Assembly (NCBI GenBank): GCA_963831295.1
Contig: CAWHPR010000002.1
Coordinates: 58,118-122,117 of the forward strand
Source of the DNA: an uncultured Thermoleophilia bacterium
GTDB taxonomy: Bacteria > Actinomycetota > Thermoleophilia > UBA2241
Direction of reading: 5' to 3'
Length of the DNA stretch: 64,000 nucleotides
The first letter of the stretch is position 1, and every line of letters begins with the position of its first letter. Positions 18,921 to 29,380 of the stretch are shown here, one piece after another. The notes under the pieces were generated by a model. The model worked only from the letters and a program-made list of their open reading frames with translations, made no database searches and was not told the DNA's origin. Made by a program: the position numbers and the translations under genes.

Positions 18921-19163
18921 CTACTCCACCTCGGTCGACTCGAGCTTGCCGTCGGCGATCTCCTCGAGGGAGATCGTCAGCAGGTTCGTGCTGCGCGTCG
19001 ACACCAGCGGCGGCGTCAGCGTCTCCTCCTCGGACATGAACCCTTCACCGAGGCTGTGGTAGTACGAGTTGATCTGGCGCGCACGCTTGGCGGCGATCAT
19101 CACGAGCGCGTAGCGCGACCCCCCTGCGTGCGGGAGGAGCTCGTCGATGCGTGGTCTGTCCAC
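18921..19163 (-). CDS. rpoZ: DNA-directed RNA polymerase subunit omega.
   Basis: Conserved IDELL...SRYALVMIAAKRARQIN; gmk-rpoZ synteny; start overlaps the gmk 3' end by 64 nt. Confidence 0.9.
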   Translation of the reverse strand: MDRPRIDELLPHAGGSRYALVMIAAKRARQINSYYHSLGEGFMSEEETLTPPLVSTRSTNLLTISLEEIADGKLESTEVE

Positions 19164-19723
19164 TCGCTTCCCTTTCTTCGTGCGTTGATGATGCCAGCGA
19201 CCTCAGCGGCCGCACGTTCGGCGTCGTCGTTGACGACGATGTGGTCGAACTCGTCGGCCGCCGCCACCTCCTGCACGGCGATGTCCAGGCGCCTCGCGAT
19301 GGCAGCCGGACTCTCGGTGCCGCGACCCTTCAGCCGCGTCGCCAACGCGCCCAGAGACGGCGGCGCGATGAACACGGACACCGCGTCCGGCAGCGTCCGC
19401 CGCACCGCCCGCGCCCCCTGAAGCTCGATCTCGAGCACGACGTCATCGCCGGCCGCGAGCCGCGCCTCGACGTCGTCCCGCAGGGTCCCGTAGCGGTGGT
19501 CACTGTAGTGTACCCATTCGAGGAAGCGTCCCTCGCGCACGCCGGCGTCGAACTCCTCTTCGCTCAGGAAGTGATACTCCCTGCCGTCGGTCTCACCAGG
19601 ACGGGGGGGCCTCGTCGTCGCCGACACCGAGCAGACGAGACGATCGACACGCCGTCTCACGCGTCCGATGACGGTGCCTTTCCCGGCGCCGGACGGCCCC
19701 GAGATGACGAAGACCAGAGCGAT
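19100..19723 (-). CDS. gmk: Guanylate kinase. The P-loop (ISGPSGAGKGT) begins 6 codons after the in-frame TGA stop of mihF; no ATG/GTG/TTG in between (candidates ATC 19721..19723 or CTG 19715..19717). The ORF-track GTG start at 19660 is internal.
   Basis: Gmk family similarity including the P-loop and SATTR motif; mihF-gmk-rpoZ synteny. Confidence 0.88.
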   Translation of the reverse strand: MALVFVISGPSGAGKGTVIGRVRRRVDRLVCSVSATTRPPRPGETDGREYHFLSEEEFDAGVREGRFLEWVHYSDHRYGTLRDDVEARLAAGDDVVLEIELQGARAVRRTLPDAVSVFIAPPSLGALATRLKGRGTESPAAIARRLDIAVQEVAAADEFDHIVVNDDAERAAAEVAGIINARRKGSEWTDHASTSSSRTQGGRATRS

Positions 19724-19726
19724 GGC

Positions 19727-20059
19727 TCACCGCCCGAAGAAGACGAGCAGCTCGCCGCGCTGGCGGCCGGAGAGACCCCCGACCGTCTTGCTGGGGCTGA
19801 TGCGGCACTGCTCCATGATGCGCGCGGACTTGACCCTGCCGCACTTGGGGACCGCCATGAGCACGTCGAGCACCTTGGCGGTCATGAGGTACTCGGGAGG
19901 CGACGCCAGGATGTCGACGACCGACGCCTTCCCTTGCTTGAGGTCGGCTTTGAGGGCGGCGCGGCGAGACCGGATGTCGTTCGCGCGAGACAGCGCGTCC
20001 ATACGCTGGCTGAGCGATCGGGCGGGGGCGCTGCTGGATGACTTCGCGGAGAGGGACAC
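19727..20059 (-). CDS. mihF: Actinobacterial integration host factor (mIHF/sIHF family). Probable leaderless GTG start 7 nt after a perfect -10 box; the ORF-track TTG start at 20107 lies inside the promoter.
   Basis: Similarity to mycobacterial mIHF / Streptomyces sIHF; mihF-gmk synteny. Confidence 0.8.
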   Translation of the reverse strand: MSLSAKSSSSAPARSLSQRMDALSRANDIRSRRAALKADLKQGKASVVDILASPPEYLMTAKVLDVLMAVPKCGRVKSARIMEQCRISPSKTVGGLSGRQRGELLVFFGR

Positions 20060-20066
20060 GGACGGG

Positions 20067-20095
20067 AGTATACGGAAGAGCCGCTCCGAGTTCAA
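20067..20095 (-). promoter_or_regulatory. Strong sigma70-like promoter for mihF: -35 TTGAAC, 17-nt spacer, -10 TATACT. The GTG codon lies 7 nt downstream of the -10 (leaderless transcript).
   Basis: Hexamers read directly; near-consensus spacing. Confidence 0.65.
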
Positions 20096-20152
20096 CTGCG
20101 CACGCAACGCGCGAACGCGCGTCTTTGCGGGAGTTTTCTCGGCGTCCGCGGC

Positions 20153-21157
20153 CTATGGCCGCGCAAGCGCGACGCCGCGCGCAGCGGCGGGGCTCGCGAA
20201 GCCCCGCGCGGCCAGCTCGCCGCGCAGCTCGCCGAGTATACGACGCGGCGTCTCGACACCCAGGAAGTTGGCCGCCCCGACGGCGACCGCCGTTGCCCCG
20301 CAGGCGATGAACTCGAGGGCGTCGAGGCCGCTCGTCACCCCGCCCATGCCGATGAGAGGCGCCTGCGGGAAGGCGCTCGCGACCTCCGCCGTCATACGCA
20401 GTGCGATGGGCCTGATGGCCGGTCCGCACAGGCCGCCCGTGCGGTTGCCGAGGAACGGCCGCAGGGTCGCCGGATCGAGCACCAGCGCCTTGAACGTGTT
20501 GACGAGCGCCAGGCCGGTCGAGCCCGCCTCCAGCGCGGCAGCAGCCACGGGGACGACGTCGGTCACGTTGGGCGTCAGCTTGGTGAAGACCGGGCGGGCG
20601 GTCTCGGCGCACACGGCGGCGACGACGGCAGCGGTCGCCGCCGGCTCGGCGCCGATCTGAAGCCCGCCGGCGACGTTGGGGCAGGACACATTGAGCTCGT
20701 ACCCTGCCACGGCAGGGGACGCGTCGCCGCGGGCCGCGGCCCAGACCTCGACCTCACGGACCACCGCGGCGTAGTCCTCGGCCGTGCTGCCCCCGACGCT
20801 GACGAGCATCGGCTGGCGCAGGGCGCCCAGCGCCGGCAGCACTCCCAGCCAGGCCACGATGCCTGGATTCGCGAGGCCGATCGCATTGATCACGCCCGAC
20901 GGCGTCTCGGTGATGCGCGGCGGTGGGTTGCCGGCACGAGGCTCGAGCGTGACCGTCTTGTGCACGTAGGCGGCGTAAGGGAAGACCGCAAAGAGGTCCC
21001 CGCGCGAGCGCCGCGCGACCTCCAGCGCGTCGAAGGTACCAGACGCGTTGAGCAGCGGATGCTCGAGAGCGATCGTCCCGAGGCTCACGCGCAGGTCGAC
21101 TTGCTCCTCTGAAAGCGGTGACGCCGGGCCGGGCCCGCTGCGCTCGCCGGCCCTCAC
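20153..21157 (-). CDS. pyrD: Dihydroorotate dehydrogenase, class 1B catalytic subunit. Probable GTG start overlapping the pyrK stop (GTGA); the ORF-track extension is spurious.
   Basis: PyrD family similarity (LLNASGTF, NVSCPN, FMN-binding C-terminus); pyrK-pyrD pair. Confidence 0.88.
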   Translation of the reverse strand: MRAGERSGPGPASPLSEEQVDLRVSLGTIALEHPLLNASGTFDALEVARRSRGDLFAVFPYAAYVHKTVTLEPRAGNPPPRITETPSGVINAIGLANPGIVAWLGVLPALGALRQPMLVSVGGSTAEDYAAVVREVEVWAAARGDASPAVAGYELNVSCPNVAGGLQIGAEPAATAAVVAAVCAETARPVFTKLTPNVTDVVPVAAAALEAGSTGLALVNTFKALVLDPATLRPFLGNRTGGLCGPAIRPIALRMTAEVASAFPQAPLIGMGGVTSGLDALEFIACGATAVAVGAANFLGVETPRRILGELRGELAARGFASPAAARGVALARP

Positions 21158-21990
21158 GGAGCCACGACCGTCTCGAGAGCGAAGACCGGGCCCTCGCTGC
21201 AGACCCGCAGGTAGCCCTCGGTCGTGGCGACGACGCAGCCGTGACACGCTCCTGTGCCGCACGCCAGGTGCGCCTCGAGCGAAGCGTAGCCCCTCAGCCC
21301 GCGCTCGCCGGCCCAGCGCTGGACGGCGGCGACCATGCGCAGCGGCCCGCAGGCATACACCACCGTGCCCGGCCGTGCGTCGACCTCCGCCAGAAGGTCG
21401 ACGACCGTGCCCGCGCGTCCCACGCCGCCGTCCTCGGTCGCGAGCCACAGCCGCTCGAGGTCGAAGGCGCCGGCCGCTCGCGCCTGGCGCGCGTCTCTGA
21501 AGCCGAAGGCCGCCGTGACCACGGCCCCGCGGCGCCTGAGCTCGTCGGCGAGGAACTGAAGCGGGGCGCAGCCGATGCCTCCGCCGACCAGGAGGGCCGC
21601 AACCACTCCCTCGACGGGAAACGGCGTCCCCAGTGGGCCGGCGAGCTCGAGGGTCTCCCCCACCTCGGCGCGCACCAGCTCCCGCGTCCCGCGACCGCGC
21701 TCCTCGACGAGCAGCCCGACGCGATCGCCGCGTACGCTGAACAGCGAGAGCGGCCGGCGCAGCAGGAACCCCTCACCCGGGACCGTCACCATCACGAACT
21801 GGCCCGGCGCCGCGACGGCGGCCATGGAGGGCGCCGCGAGCTCGAGGGCGGCGAAGGCGCCGAACGAGCGCGCGGACACGACCCGGCACGCGACCGTCTC
21901 GGCCCACTGCTCGCCAGGCGCGTCGTGGGCCGTTCGGGACACGTCGCAGGAGTGGACCCCGGCTTCGTGCCGTCGACCGTTCGCGCTCAT
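21154..21990 (-). CDS. pyrK: Dihydroorotate dehydrogenase electron-transfer subunit (FAD/NAD-binding, 2Fe-2S).
   Basis: Flavodoxin-reductase-like fold; C-terminal CxxGxCxxC cluster motif CGTGACHGC; ATGA overlap with the carB stop. Confidence 0.85.
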   Translation of the reverse strand: MSANGRRHEAGVHSCDVSRTAHDAPGEQWAETVACRVVSARSFGAFAALELAAPSMAAVAAPGQFVMVTVPGEGFLLRRPLSLFSVRGDRVGLLVEERGRGTRELVRAEVGETLELAGPLGTPFPVEGVVAALLVGGGIGCAPLQFLADELRRRGAVVTAAFGFRDARQARAAGAFDLERLWLATEDGGVGRAGTVVDLLAEVDARPGTVVYACGPLRMVAAVQRWAGERGLRGYASLEAHLACGTGACHGCVVATTEGYLRVCSEGPVFALETVVAP

Positions 21991-24900
21991 CGCCCCCAGC
22001 CCGTCCGGTGCAGGTCCTGCAGACAGCGCACGGCGACCCGCGGGCGCCGTGCGGTCTCGATCGCCGAGACCGCCGCCGAAGCGCCGGCCAGCGTCGTGAT
22101 GCAGGGCACGCCCCGCTGCACGGCCGCGGTCCTGATCTCGTAGCCGTCGCTGCGCGCCCCTCTGCCGTATGGGGTGTTCACCACCAGCGCGATCGCACCG
22201 TCCTGAATGAGGCCGACGATGTGCGGCTCGCCCTCCTGCACCTTGTTCACCTCCGCCGCGGGTACTCCGAGGCTCTGCAGGGCGCGCGCCGTGCCGCGCG
22301 TCGCGAGGATCTCGAAGCCGAGCGCGTGCAGCCGCTGTCCCAGGATCGTCGCCGCCGACTTGTCGGAGTCGCAGACCGACACGAAGACGGTGCCCTCGAG
22401 CGGCAGCGGCGCGCCGGCCGCCGTGTGGGCCTTGCCGAGCGCGGCCGGGAACGCCTCGGCGATGCCCATCACCTCGCCCGTCGACTTCATCTCGGGCCCC
22501 AACCGGCTGTCGGCGCCGGGGAAACGAGCGAACGGGAGCACGACCTCCTTCACGCTCACGTAGTCGGGCACGGGCCGCACCGGGAGATCCATCTCGGCCA
22601 GCCGCGCGCCCAGCACGACCTCGGTCGCCACCCTCGCCAGGGGCACCCCCGTCGCCTTGCTCGCGAACGGCACGGTGCGCGAGCCGCGCGGGTTCACCTC
22701 GAGCACGTACAGCTGGTAGTTCTGGTAGGCGAACTGGACGTTGATCAACCCCTTGACGCCGAGCGCCAGCGCGAGCTGCGTGGTCTGACGGCGCACCTGC
22801 TCCAGGGTCCCCTCACCGAGGCTGATGGACGGGATCACACAGGCCGAGTCACCGGAGTGCACGCCGGCCTCCTCGACGTGTTGCATGATCGCCCCGATGT
22901 AGACCGTCTCGCCATCGGCGACCGCGTCGACGTCGACCTCGATGGCGTCCTCGAGGAAGCGGTCGATCAGCACCGGCCTGCCGGTGCTCACCGCGACCGC
23001 CCGGGCCATGTACTCCTCGAGCTGGTCGCCCGAGTAGACGATCTCCATGGCGCGGCCGCCGAGGACGTACGAGGGGCGCACGAGCACCGGGTATCCGATC
23101 TCGTCGCCCACCGCGCGCGCCTCGTCGGACGTACGCGCAAGCCCGTAGGGCGGGCAGGCGATGCCGAGCTCGCGCAGCAGCTCACCGAAGCGTCCCCGGT
23201 CCTCAGCCAGATCGATCGAGGCCTGGGGCGTCCCGAGGATCGGGATGCCGGCGTCGGCCAGCGCCCCGGCGATCTTGAGCGGCGTCTGCCCGCCGAACTG
23301 CACGATCACGCCCTCGGGACGCTCGTTGAGACAGACGTTCGCCACGTCCTCGAAGGTCAGCGGCTCGAAGTAGAGGCGGTCCGAGATGTCGTAGTCGGTC
23401 GAGACCGTCTCCGGGTTGCAGTTGACCATCACCGCTTCGTAGCCGAGGCGCCGCGCGGTCAAGGCGGCGTGCACGCAACAGTAGTCGAACTCGATGCCCT
23501 GGCCGATCCGGTTCGGGCCCGAGCCCAGGATCACGACGCGCGGGCGCTCGCCCGGCGTCGCCTCGTTCTCCTGCTCGTAGGTCGAGTAGTAGTAGGGCGT
23601 CTCGGCCTCGAACTCGGCGGCGCAGGTGTCGACCGCCTTGTAGACCGGCGTGACGCCCCACTCGAGCCGCACAGCGCGCACCTCCCGCTCCGTCCGTCCG
23701 CAGAGCTCGCCCAAGCGATGATCGGAGAAGCCATAGCGCTTCATGCGGCGGAGGAGCTCGGGTGAGAGCGCGCCGGCGCCTCGCACCTCGCGCTCGAGGC
23801 CGACGATGTCGCGCACCTCGCTCAAGAAGAACGGGGAGACGCCGGTCAGCTCGGCGAGCTGCTCGAGCCCCGCCTCCTGGCGGAAGGCGTGCAGCAGGAG
23901 CTCGTAGCGTTCGCAGGTCGGGGTCGCCAATGCCTTCAACGTCTCCTGCAGGGTCGCCGGAAGCTCGACGGCACCGTCCAGCTCGCGCGAGCGCAGGGCC
24001 TTGAGGAGCGCCTCCTTGAAGGTGCGGCCGATGGCCATCGCCTCGCCCACGCTCTTCATGTGGGTCGTCAGCTCGGGGTCCGCCATGGGGAACTTCTCGA
24101 AGGCCCACCGCGGCATCTTGACGACCACGTAGTCGAGCGTCGGCTCGAAACAGGCCGGCGTCTTCCTGGTGATGTCATTGCGGATCTCGTCGAGCGTGTA
24201 GCCGACGGCCAGCTTCGCCGCGATCTTGGCGATCGGGAAGCCGGTGGCCTTCGAGGCCAGCGCCGAGCTGCGCGATACCCGCGGGTTCATCTCGATCACC
24301 GCGACCTCGCCCGTGCCCGGGTGCACGGCGAACTGCACGTTCGAGCCGCCGGTGTCCACCCCGATGGCGCGCATGATCGCCGCCGCCGCGTCGCGCAACT
24401 CCTGGTACTGCGGATCGGTCAGTGTGAGCGCCGGCGCCACCGTCACGCTGTCGCCGGTGTGGATGCCCATCGGATCGATGTTCTCGATCGAGCAGATGAC
24501 GACGACGTTGTCCGCCGAGTCGCGCATCACCTCGAGTTCGAACTCCTGCCAACCCTCGACCGACTCCTCGAGGAGGACCTGCGAGATGGGACTGCGCCGC
24601 AGACCGCCGGCCACGATGTCGCGGAGACTCCCGGCGTCGCGGGCGATGCCGCCGCCACTGCCCCCGAGCGTGAAGGCGGGGCGTACGACCAGCGGGAGGC
24701 CGAGCTCGCGGCCGGCCAGCTCGGCCTCTTCGAGCGTATGCGCGAGAGCGCTGCGCGGCACGCGCAGACCGATGCGCTCCATGATCTCGCGGAACTCCGC
24801 GCGATCCTCGGCCCGGCGGATCGCCTGCGCGTCGGCGCCGATCATCTCGACGCTCCACAGGTCGAGCACACCGGCCTCCGCGAGCTCCATGCTCAAGTTG

Positions 24901-25187
24901 AGCGCCGTCTGGCCGCCCAGCGTCGGCAGGAGCGCGTCCGGCCGCTCGGTCTCGATGATGCGCGTGAGCGTCGGCAGGTCGAGCGGCTCGATGTAGGTGC
25001 GGGTGGCGAAATCCGGATCGGTCATGATGGTCGCCGGGTTCGAGTTCACGAGGACGACCTCGAACCCGTCCTCGAGGAGCACCCGGCAAGCCTGCGCGCC
25101 GGAGTAGTCGAACTCGCAGGCCTGTCCGATCACGATCGGCCCCGAGCCGATGATCAGGATCTTCTTCAGGTCGTCGCGCCGCGGCAT
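21987..25187 (-). CDS. carB: Carbamoyl-phosphate synthase large subunit. True start at [23 protein letters not shown] (1-nt overlap with the carA stop); the 285-aa ORF-track extension is spurious.
   Basis: Two ATP-grasp halves, oligomerisation domain and MGS-like domain; full-length family similarity. Confidence 0.97.
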   Translation of the reverse strand: MPRRDDLKKILIIGSGPIVIGQACEFDYSGAQACRVLLEDGFEVVLVNSNPATIMTDPDFATRTYIEPLDLPTLTRIIETERPDALLPTLGGQTALNLSMELAEAGVLDLWSVEMIGADAQAIRRAEDRAEFREIMERIGLRVPRSALAHTLEEAELAGRELGLPLVVRPAFTLGGSGGGIARDAGSLRDIVAGGLRRSPISQVLLEESVEGWQEFELEVMRDSADNVVVICSIENIDPMGIHTGDSVTVAPALTLTDPQYQELRDAAAAIMRAIGVDTGGSNVQFAVHPGTGEVAVIEMNPRVSRSSALASKATGFPIAKIAAKLAVGYTLDEIRNDITRKTPACFEPTLDYVVVKMPRWAFEKFPMADPELTTHMKSVGEAMAIGRTFKEALLKALRSRELDGAVELPATLQETLKALATPTCERYELLLHAFRQEAGLEQLAELTGVSPFFLSEVRDIVGLEREVRGAGALSPELLRRMKRYGFSDHRLGELCGRTEREVRAVRLEWGVTPVYKAVDTCAAEFEAETPYYYSTYEQENEATPGERPRVVILGSGPNRIGQGIEFDYCCVHAALTARRLGYEAVMVNCNPETVSTDYDISDRLYFEPLTFEDVANVCLNERPEGVIVQFGGQTPLKIAGALADAGIPILGTPQASIDLAEDRGRFGELLRELGIACPPYGLARTSDEARAVGDEIGYPVLVRPSYVLGGRAMEIVYSGDQLEEYMARAVAVSTGRPVLIDRFLEDAIEVDVDAVADGETVYIGAIMQHVEEAGVHSGDSACVIPSISLGEGTLEQVRRQTTQLALALGVKGLINVQFAYQNYQLYVLEVNPRGSRTVPFASKATGVPLARVATEVVLGARLAEMDLPVRPVPDYVSVKEVVLPFARFPGADSRLGPEMKSTGEVMGIAEAFPAALGKAHTAAGAPLPLEGTVFVSVCDSDKSAATILGQRLHALGFEILATRGTARALQSLGVPAAEVNKVQEGEPHIVGLIQDGAIALVVNTPYGRGARSDGYEIRTAAVQRGVPCITTLAGASAAVSAIETARRPRVAVRCLQDLHRTGWGR

Positions 25188-26341
25188 CAGGCGACCCCCG
25201 CCGCGGCGAAGCGCTCTATCTCGTCCACGAAGCGGGCGAACAGGTAGAGGGAGTCGTGCGGCCCCGGCGTCGACTCGGGGTGGTACTGCACGGAGAAGGC
25301 GCGGAGGTCGGGCGCCGCGAGCCCCTCGACGGTGCCGTCGTTCAGGTTCACGTGCGTGACCTGCGCGGCCGGGTGCGCGGTGTCGGCCTCGCGAACGGCG
25401 AAACCGTGGTTCTGCGTCGTGATCGCGATCGCCCCCGTGCGCAGGTCCTTCACCGGGTGGTTGGCGCCGCGGTGCCCGAACTTGAGCTTGTAGGTCGTCA
25501 TGCCGAGCGCGAGTGCGAGGACCTGGTGGCCCAGGCAGATGCCGAAGACCGGTACCTTGCCGAGCAGGCGACCGACCGCCTTGACGGCGTAGTCGACGGC
25601 CGCCGGGTCGCCCGGGCCGTTGGAGAGGAAGACGCCGTCGGGCTGCAGCTTCAACACCTCGCGCGCGCTGGTCGCGGCGGGCACCACTGTGAGGCTCAGG
25701 CCATGAGCGCTGAGCATGCGCAGCATGGAGCGCTTCACGCCGAAGTCGTAGACGACGACGCGACGAGAGGGCGGCACACCCGCCTGCGACGGCGCCTCCG
25801 CTCGCGGCGGCGCGCCCTCCGGAGACTGCGGCGCCACCTCGTAGCGCTCGGACGTCGTGACCGCACGCGCCAGGTCCAGCCCCGCCATGAGCGGCAGCCT
25901 CTGGGCCCGGCGGCGCAGATCGCGGACGTCGTCGCTCCCGGTCGAGACCACAGCGCGTAGCGCGCCCTGCTCGCGGATGTGCCGGGTCAGGGCGCGCGTG
26001 TCCACGCCGCTCACCGCCAGGACCCCACGCTCGCCGAGCCACTCGAGCCAGGTCGCCGACGAGGCGTGGTTGAAGCGGTAGTTCGTGATCTCCCGCGCCA
26101 GGACGACCCGGGCGTGCGCCGACCCCGACTCGTCGCGAGCGGGATCGGCGCCGTAGTTGCCGTTCATCGGGAACGTGAAGGTCACGAGCTGGCCCGCGTA
26201 CGACGGATCGGTCGCGATCTCCTGATAGCCCATCATGCTCGTCGTGAAGACGAGCTCGCCGCCGACGGTCCCGCCGCCGGCGAGAGCTTCGCCGCTGAAG
26301 CAGACGCCGTCCTCGAGGACGACGAGCGCGCGCTCAGGCAT
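25187..26341 (-). CDS. carA: Carbamoyl-phosphate synthase small subunit (glutamine amidotransferase).
   Basis: CarA family similarity, catalytic CLGHQ; start at [12 protein letters not shown] with SD GGGAGG. Confidence 0.95.
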   Translation of the reverse strand: MPERALVVLEDGVCFSGEALAGGGTVGGELVFTTSMMGYQEIATDPSYAGQLVTFTFPMNGNYGADPARDESGSAHARVVLAREITNYRFNHASSATWLEWLGERGVLAVSGVDTRALTRHIREQGALRAVVSTGSDDVRDLRRRAQRLPLMAGLDLARAVTTSERYEVAPQSPEGAPPRAEAPSQAGVPPSRRVVVYDFGVKRSMLRMLSAHGLSLTVVPAATSAREVLKLQPDGVFLSNGPGDPAAVDYAVKAVGRLLGKVPVFGICLGHQVLALALGMTTYKLKFGHRGANHPVKDLRTGAIAITTQNHGFAVREADTAHPAAQVTHVNLNDGTVEGLAAPDLRAFSVQYHPESTPGPHDSLYLFARFVDEIERFAAAGVA

Positions 26342-27653
26342 CGGCCTCCCATGCAAGTCGCCCGCCGGCCACGGTGAGTCGCACCCTTCCCGTCAGTCGT
26401 CTGCCCAGCCATGCCGAGTTGCCCGAACGCGACTGGAACCCGTCGCGCGTGACCGTCCAGGTGGCGTCGGGATCGACCACGCAGAGGTCCGCCCGGGCGC
26501 CGGCTCTGATCGCCGGCGGCTCGAGGCCGGCGATCGCCGCCGGCGCCGCGCTCATCCTCGTCACCAGGGCGCCCAGCGTGAGGGCACGCTTCTTGACCAG
26601 CTCGCTGTAGAGCGCCGCGAAGGCCGTCTCGAGCCCCGTCGTCCCGAAGGGCGCCTCCTCGAAGGGCACGTCCTTCTCCTCTGGAGAGTGCGGCGCGTGG
26701 TCGGTGGCGACGCAGTCGATGAGCCCGCTCTTCAGCGCCTCGACGAGGGCGGCGCGATCGCGCTCCTCGCGCAGGGGCGGGTTCACCTTGACGGTGCTCT
26801 CGAGCGTCTCGACCTCGGCGTCGATCATCGTCAGGTGATGCGGCGTGACCTCGGCGGTGACCCGGACCCCGGCCTTCTTCGCGCGCTCGAGGTGCTCGAG
26901 CGAGGCGGCCGCGCTCAGGTGACAGAGGTGCACGCGACCGTCTTCGTAGGCCGCCACCTCGAGGACCCGCTGCACGTCGATGCTCTCGGCGATCGACGGC
27001 ATGCCGCCGAGGCCGAGCCGCGCGGACACCGGCCCCTCGTGCATCTGTCCGCCGACGACCAGCGAGGCGTCCTCGGCGTGCACCGCGACGAACCGGTCGG
27101 TCAGCTTGACGTACTGCAGGGCGCGACGCACGAGCTGCGCGGTCGCGAGCGGCCGCCCGTCGTCGCTGAAGCCGATCGCGCCGGTCTCCGCGAGCTCCGC
27201 CATCTCCGTGAGCCGCTCGCCGGCAAGGCCGCGGGTCACGGCCGCGTAGAAGCCGGCCGGCACGACCGCCTCGCGCCTGGCGCGTTCGATGAGGCCGGCC
27301 AGGAGCATCGCCGTGTCGACGACCGGGTCGGTGTTGGCCATCCCGAAGACCGCGACGTAACCACCGGCCGCTGCCGCCCGTGTGCCGGTCGCGAGATCCT
27401 CTTCGTCCTCGCGCCCGGGCGTGCGCAGATGCGCGTGCAGATCGACGAAGCCCGGCAGCACGAGCAGCCCCCGGGCGTCGACCTCGCGGACCCCCTCGGG
27501 CGCCGCGAGATCGCTCCCGAGCTCCGCGATCTTGCCCTTGAGCACGAGCACGTCCTGCGCCTGGTCGATGCCCGACCCGGGATCGACCACGCGCCCCCCC
27601 TTGAGCAAGACGTCGAGGGCCGGTCCCGGTCTGCTCCACGTCCGCTGCATCAG
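26334..27653 (-). CDS. pyrC: Dihydroorotase. Start at MQRTWSRPG (ATGA overlap with the pyrB stop); the ORF-track extension is spurious.
   Basis: Amidohydrolase-fold dihydroorotase similarity (HVHLR, DHAPH). Confidence 0.93.
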   Translation of the reverse strand: MMQRTWSRPGPALDVLLKGGRVVDPGSGIDQAQDVLVLKGKIAELGSDLAAPEGVREVDARGLLVLPGFVDLHAHLRTPGREDEEDLATGTRAAAAGGYVAVFGMANTDPVVDTAMLLAGLIERARREAVVPAGFYAAVTRGLAGERLTEMAELAETGAIGFSDDGRPLATAQLVRRALQYVKLTDRFVAVHAEDASLVVGGQMHEGPVSARLGLGGMPSIAESIDVQRVLEVAAYEDGRVHLCHLSAAASLEHLERAKKAGVRVTAEVTPHHLTMIDAEVETLESTVKVNPPLREERDRAALVEALKSGLIDCVATDHAPHSPEEKDVPFEEAPFGTTGLETAFAALYSELVKKRALTLGALVTRMSAAPAAIAGLEPPAIRAGARADLCVVDPDATWTVTRDGFQSRSGNSAWLGRRLTGRVRLTVAGGRLAWEADA

Positions 27654-28591
27654 AGCACCTCCCCGCCGCTCGTGGCGTCGCTGTAGCCGACGATCGTGCG
27701 GTAGAGGACGGCCATGCGCACCGCCACGCCGCTGAAGACTTGCCGCGCGATGAGGTTCTCGTCGTCGTCGACGACGTCGGCGGCGATCTCGACACCGCGG
27801 TTGACCGGCCCGGAGTGCATGACGCGCTGGTGCTCCCGAAGGCGCGCCGGCGTCACGCCGAACAGCCGGCTGTACTCGCGCAGCGACGGCACGAATTCGC
27901 CCCCGGCGACCATGCGCTCTCGCTGGATTCGCAGGAGGTAGACGACGTCGGCCTCCTCGAGCCGCCCGAGATCGTGCTCCACCGTCACTCCCATCGCCTC
28001 GATCCCCCGCGGCATCATCGTCGGGGGACCGGCCAGCGTGACGTCCATGCCCATCAGTTTGAATCCCATGATGTCGCTGCGGGCCACGCGGCTGTGGAGG
28101 ATGTCGCCGACGATCCAGACCTTCATGCCGGAGAGGTCGCGACCGAAGGTCTGGCGCAGGGTGAACAGGTCGAGGAGACATTGGGTCGGGTGCTGATGGG
28201 CGCCGTCACCGGCGTTGATGACGCTGGCGTCGGTGTTCGCGCCGAGAAACTGGCAGGCGCCCGCCGACGGATGTCGCACGACGAGGATGTCGGGGGCCAG
28301 GGCAGACACAGTGACGGCCGTGTCCTTGAGCGACTCGCCCTTCGCGACCGCGGAGCCGCCGGATATGACGCTCAGCGTGTCGGCCGAGAGTCGCTTGGCG
28401 GCGAGGTCGAAGCTCGACGAGGTGCGGGTCGAGGCCTCCCAGAACAGGTTGATGATGGTGCGCCCGCGCAGTGTCGGCACCTTCTTGATGTCGCGCTCCA
28501 GCACGGGCAGGAAGCTCTCGGCGGTGTCGAGCAGCAGCTCGACCTGCTCGCGCGAGAGGTCTTCCATCGAGATGAGATCGCGCTTCGCCAT
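27650..28591 (-). CDS. pyrB: Aspartate carbamoyltransferase catalytic subunit. Start at [13 protein letters not shown].
   Basis: ATCase motifs (STRTR, HPTQ). Confidence 0.95.
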   Translation of the reverse strand: MAKRDLISMEDLSREQVELLLDTAESFLPVLERDIKKVPTLRGRTIINLFWEASTRTSSSFDLAAKRLSADTLSVISGGSAVAKGESLKDTAVTVSALAPDILVVRHPSAGACQFLGANTDASVINAGDGAHQHPTQCLLDLFTLRQTFGRDLSGMKVWIVGDILHSRVARSDIMGFKLMGMDVTLAGPPTMMPRGIEAMGVTVEHDLGRLEEADVVYLLRIQRERMVAGGEFVPSLREYSRLFGVTPARLREHQRVMHSGPVNRGVEIAADVVDDDENLIARQVFSGVAVRMAVLYRTIVGYSDATSGGEVL

Positions 28592-28593
28592 GG

Positions 28594-29181
28594 TCAGTCC
28601 TCCTGTCCGGCGCGGACCAGGACGACCTCGTCGACCCCGTCGCACTCCTGAAGCCGCACCCAGATGCGCTCGCGCGCCGCGGTCGGCAGGTTCTTGCCGA
28701 CGTAGTCCGGCCGGATCGGCAGCTCGCGGTGACCGCGGTCCACGAGAACGGCGAGCTGCACCCGTGCCGGCCGGCCGAAATCGAAGAGCGCGTCGATGGC
28801 GGCGCGGATCGTGCGCCCCGTGTACAGCACGTCGTCGACGAGCACCACCGTGGCCCCGTCGATCTCGAAGGGCAGGTGAGTGTCCTTCACCTCCGGCTGC
28901 GGCGTGCGCGGGATCACCCCCACCACACCCCGTGCGGCGACGTCGTCGCGGTAGAAGGAGATGTCGAGATCCCCTAGGGGCAGCTCGCGCCCTCCCACTT
29001 CGCAGAGGAGGCGGTGGATGCGCTCGGCGAGGAAGGCCCCTCTGGTGTGGATGCCCACCACGGCAAGCCGGGCCTCGTTGGGGTTCTTCTCGAGGATCTC
29101 GTGCGAGATGCGCGTGATCGTGCGGCGCATCTGCTCGGCCGTGAGCACCACGGTCTCTGACTCGGGTCTGGATTCAGGCAT
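28594..29181 (-). CDS. pyrR: Bifunctional pyrimidine operon regulator / uracil phosphoribosyltransferase PyrR. Probable start MPESRPESE.
   Basis: PyrR family similarity ([16 protein letters not shown] motif). Confidence 0.92.
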   Translation of the reverse strand: MPESRPESETVVLTAEQMRRTITRISHEILEKNPNEARLAVVGIHTRGAFLAERIHRLLCEVGGRELPLGDLDISFYRDDVAARGVVGVIPRTPQPEVKDTHLPFEIDGATVVLVDDVLYTGRTIRAAIDALFDFGRPARVQLAVLVDRGHRELPIRPDYVGKNLPTAARERIWVRLQECDGVDEVVLVRAGQED

Positions 29182-29297
29182 AAAGAAGGCTGCCGCGCCA
29201 GTCATCACGGTACGGCAGCGTCATCACCCCCCTTACGGTCTCTCGGGACACGGTTAAAGGTCGGGCGGAGTGTAGCAGCGCCCCTACACGGGCGCAA
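29182..29297 (-). promoter_or_regulatory. pyr operon promoter (-35 TTGCGC, 17-nt spacer, -10 TACACT) and leader with a PyrR-binding-loop-like motif (UGUCCCGAGAGACC at 29238..29250). A hairpin GCUGCCG...CGGCAGC followed by CUUCUUU sits immediately upstream of the pyrR AUG (attenuator/terminator-like).
   Basis: Hexamers, motif and inverted repeat read directly; resembles known PyrR RNA-binding sites. Confidence 0.55.
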
Positions 29298-29380
29298 GAG
29301 CGTGGCCGCTGAGGGCGGCGGGCGAGTAGAATACGGTCGTGTGCGCGATCTCCTGCCCACCACGAAGGGAGCGGCGCTCT

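Noticed and set aside
21987-26042. ORF-track N-terminal extensions of 100-285 aa on carB, pyrC, degV, gpsA, der, truB, ribH, rsmB, metK, rimP, pgeF and asp23.
   Set aside because: The extensions are R/G/P-rich, overlap the upstream gene in another frame and have no homology. Family-conserved N-termini with RBS and ATGA/GTGA coupling identify the internal starts.
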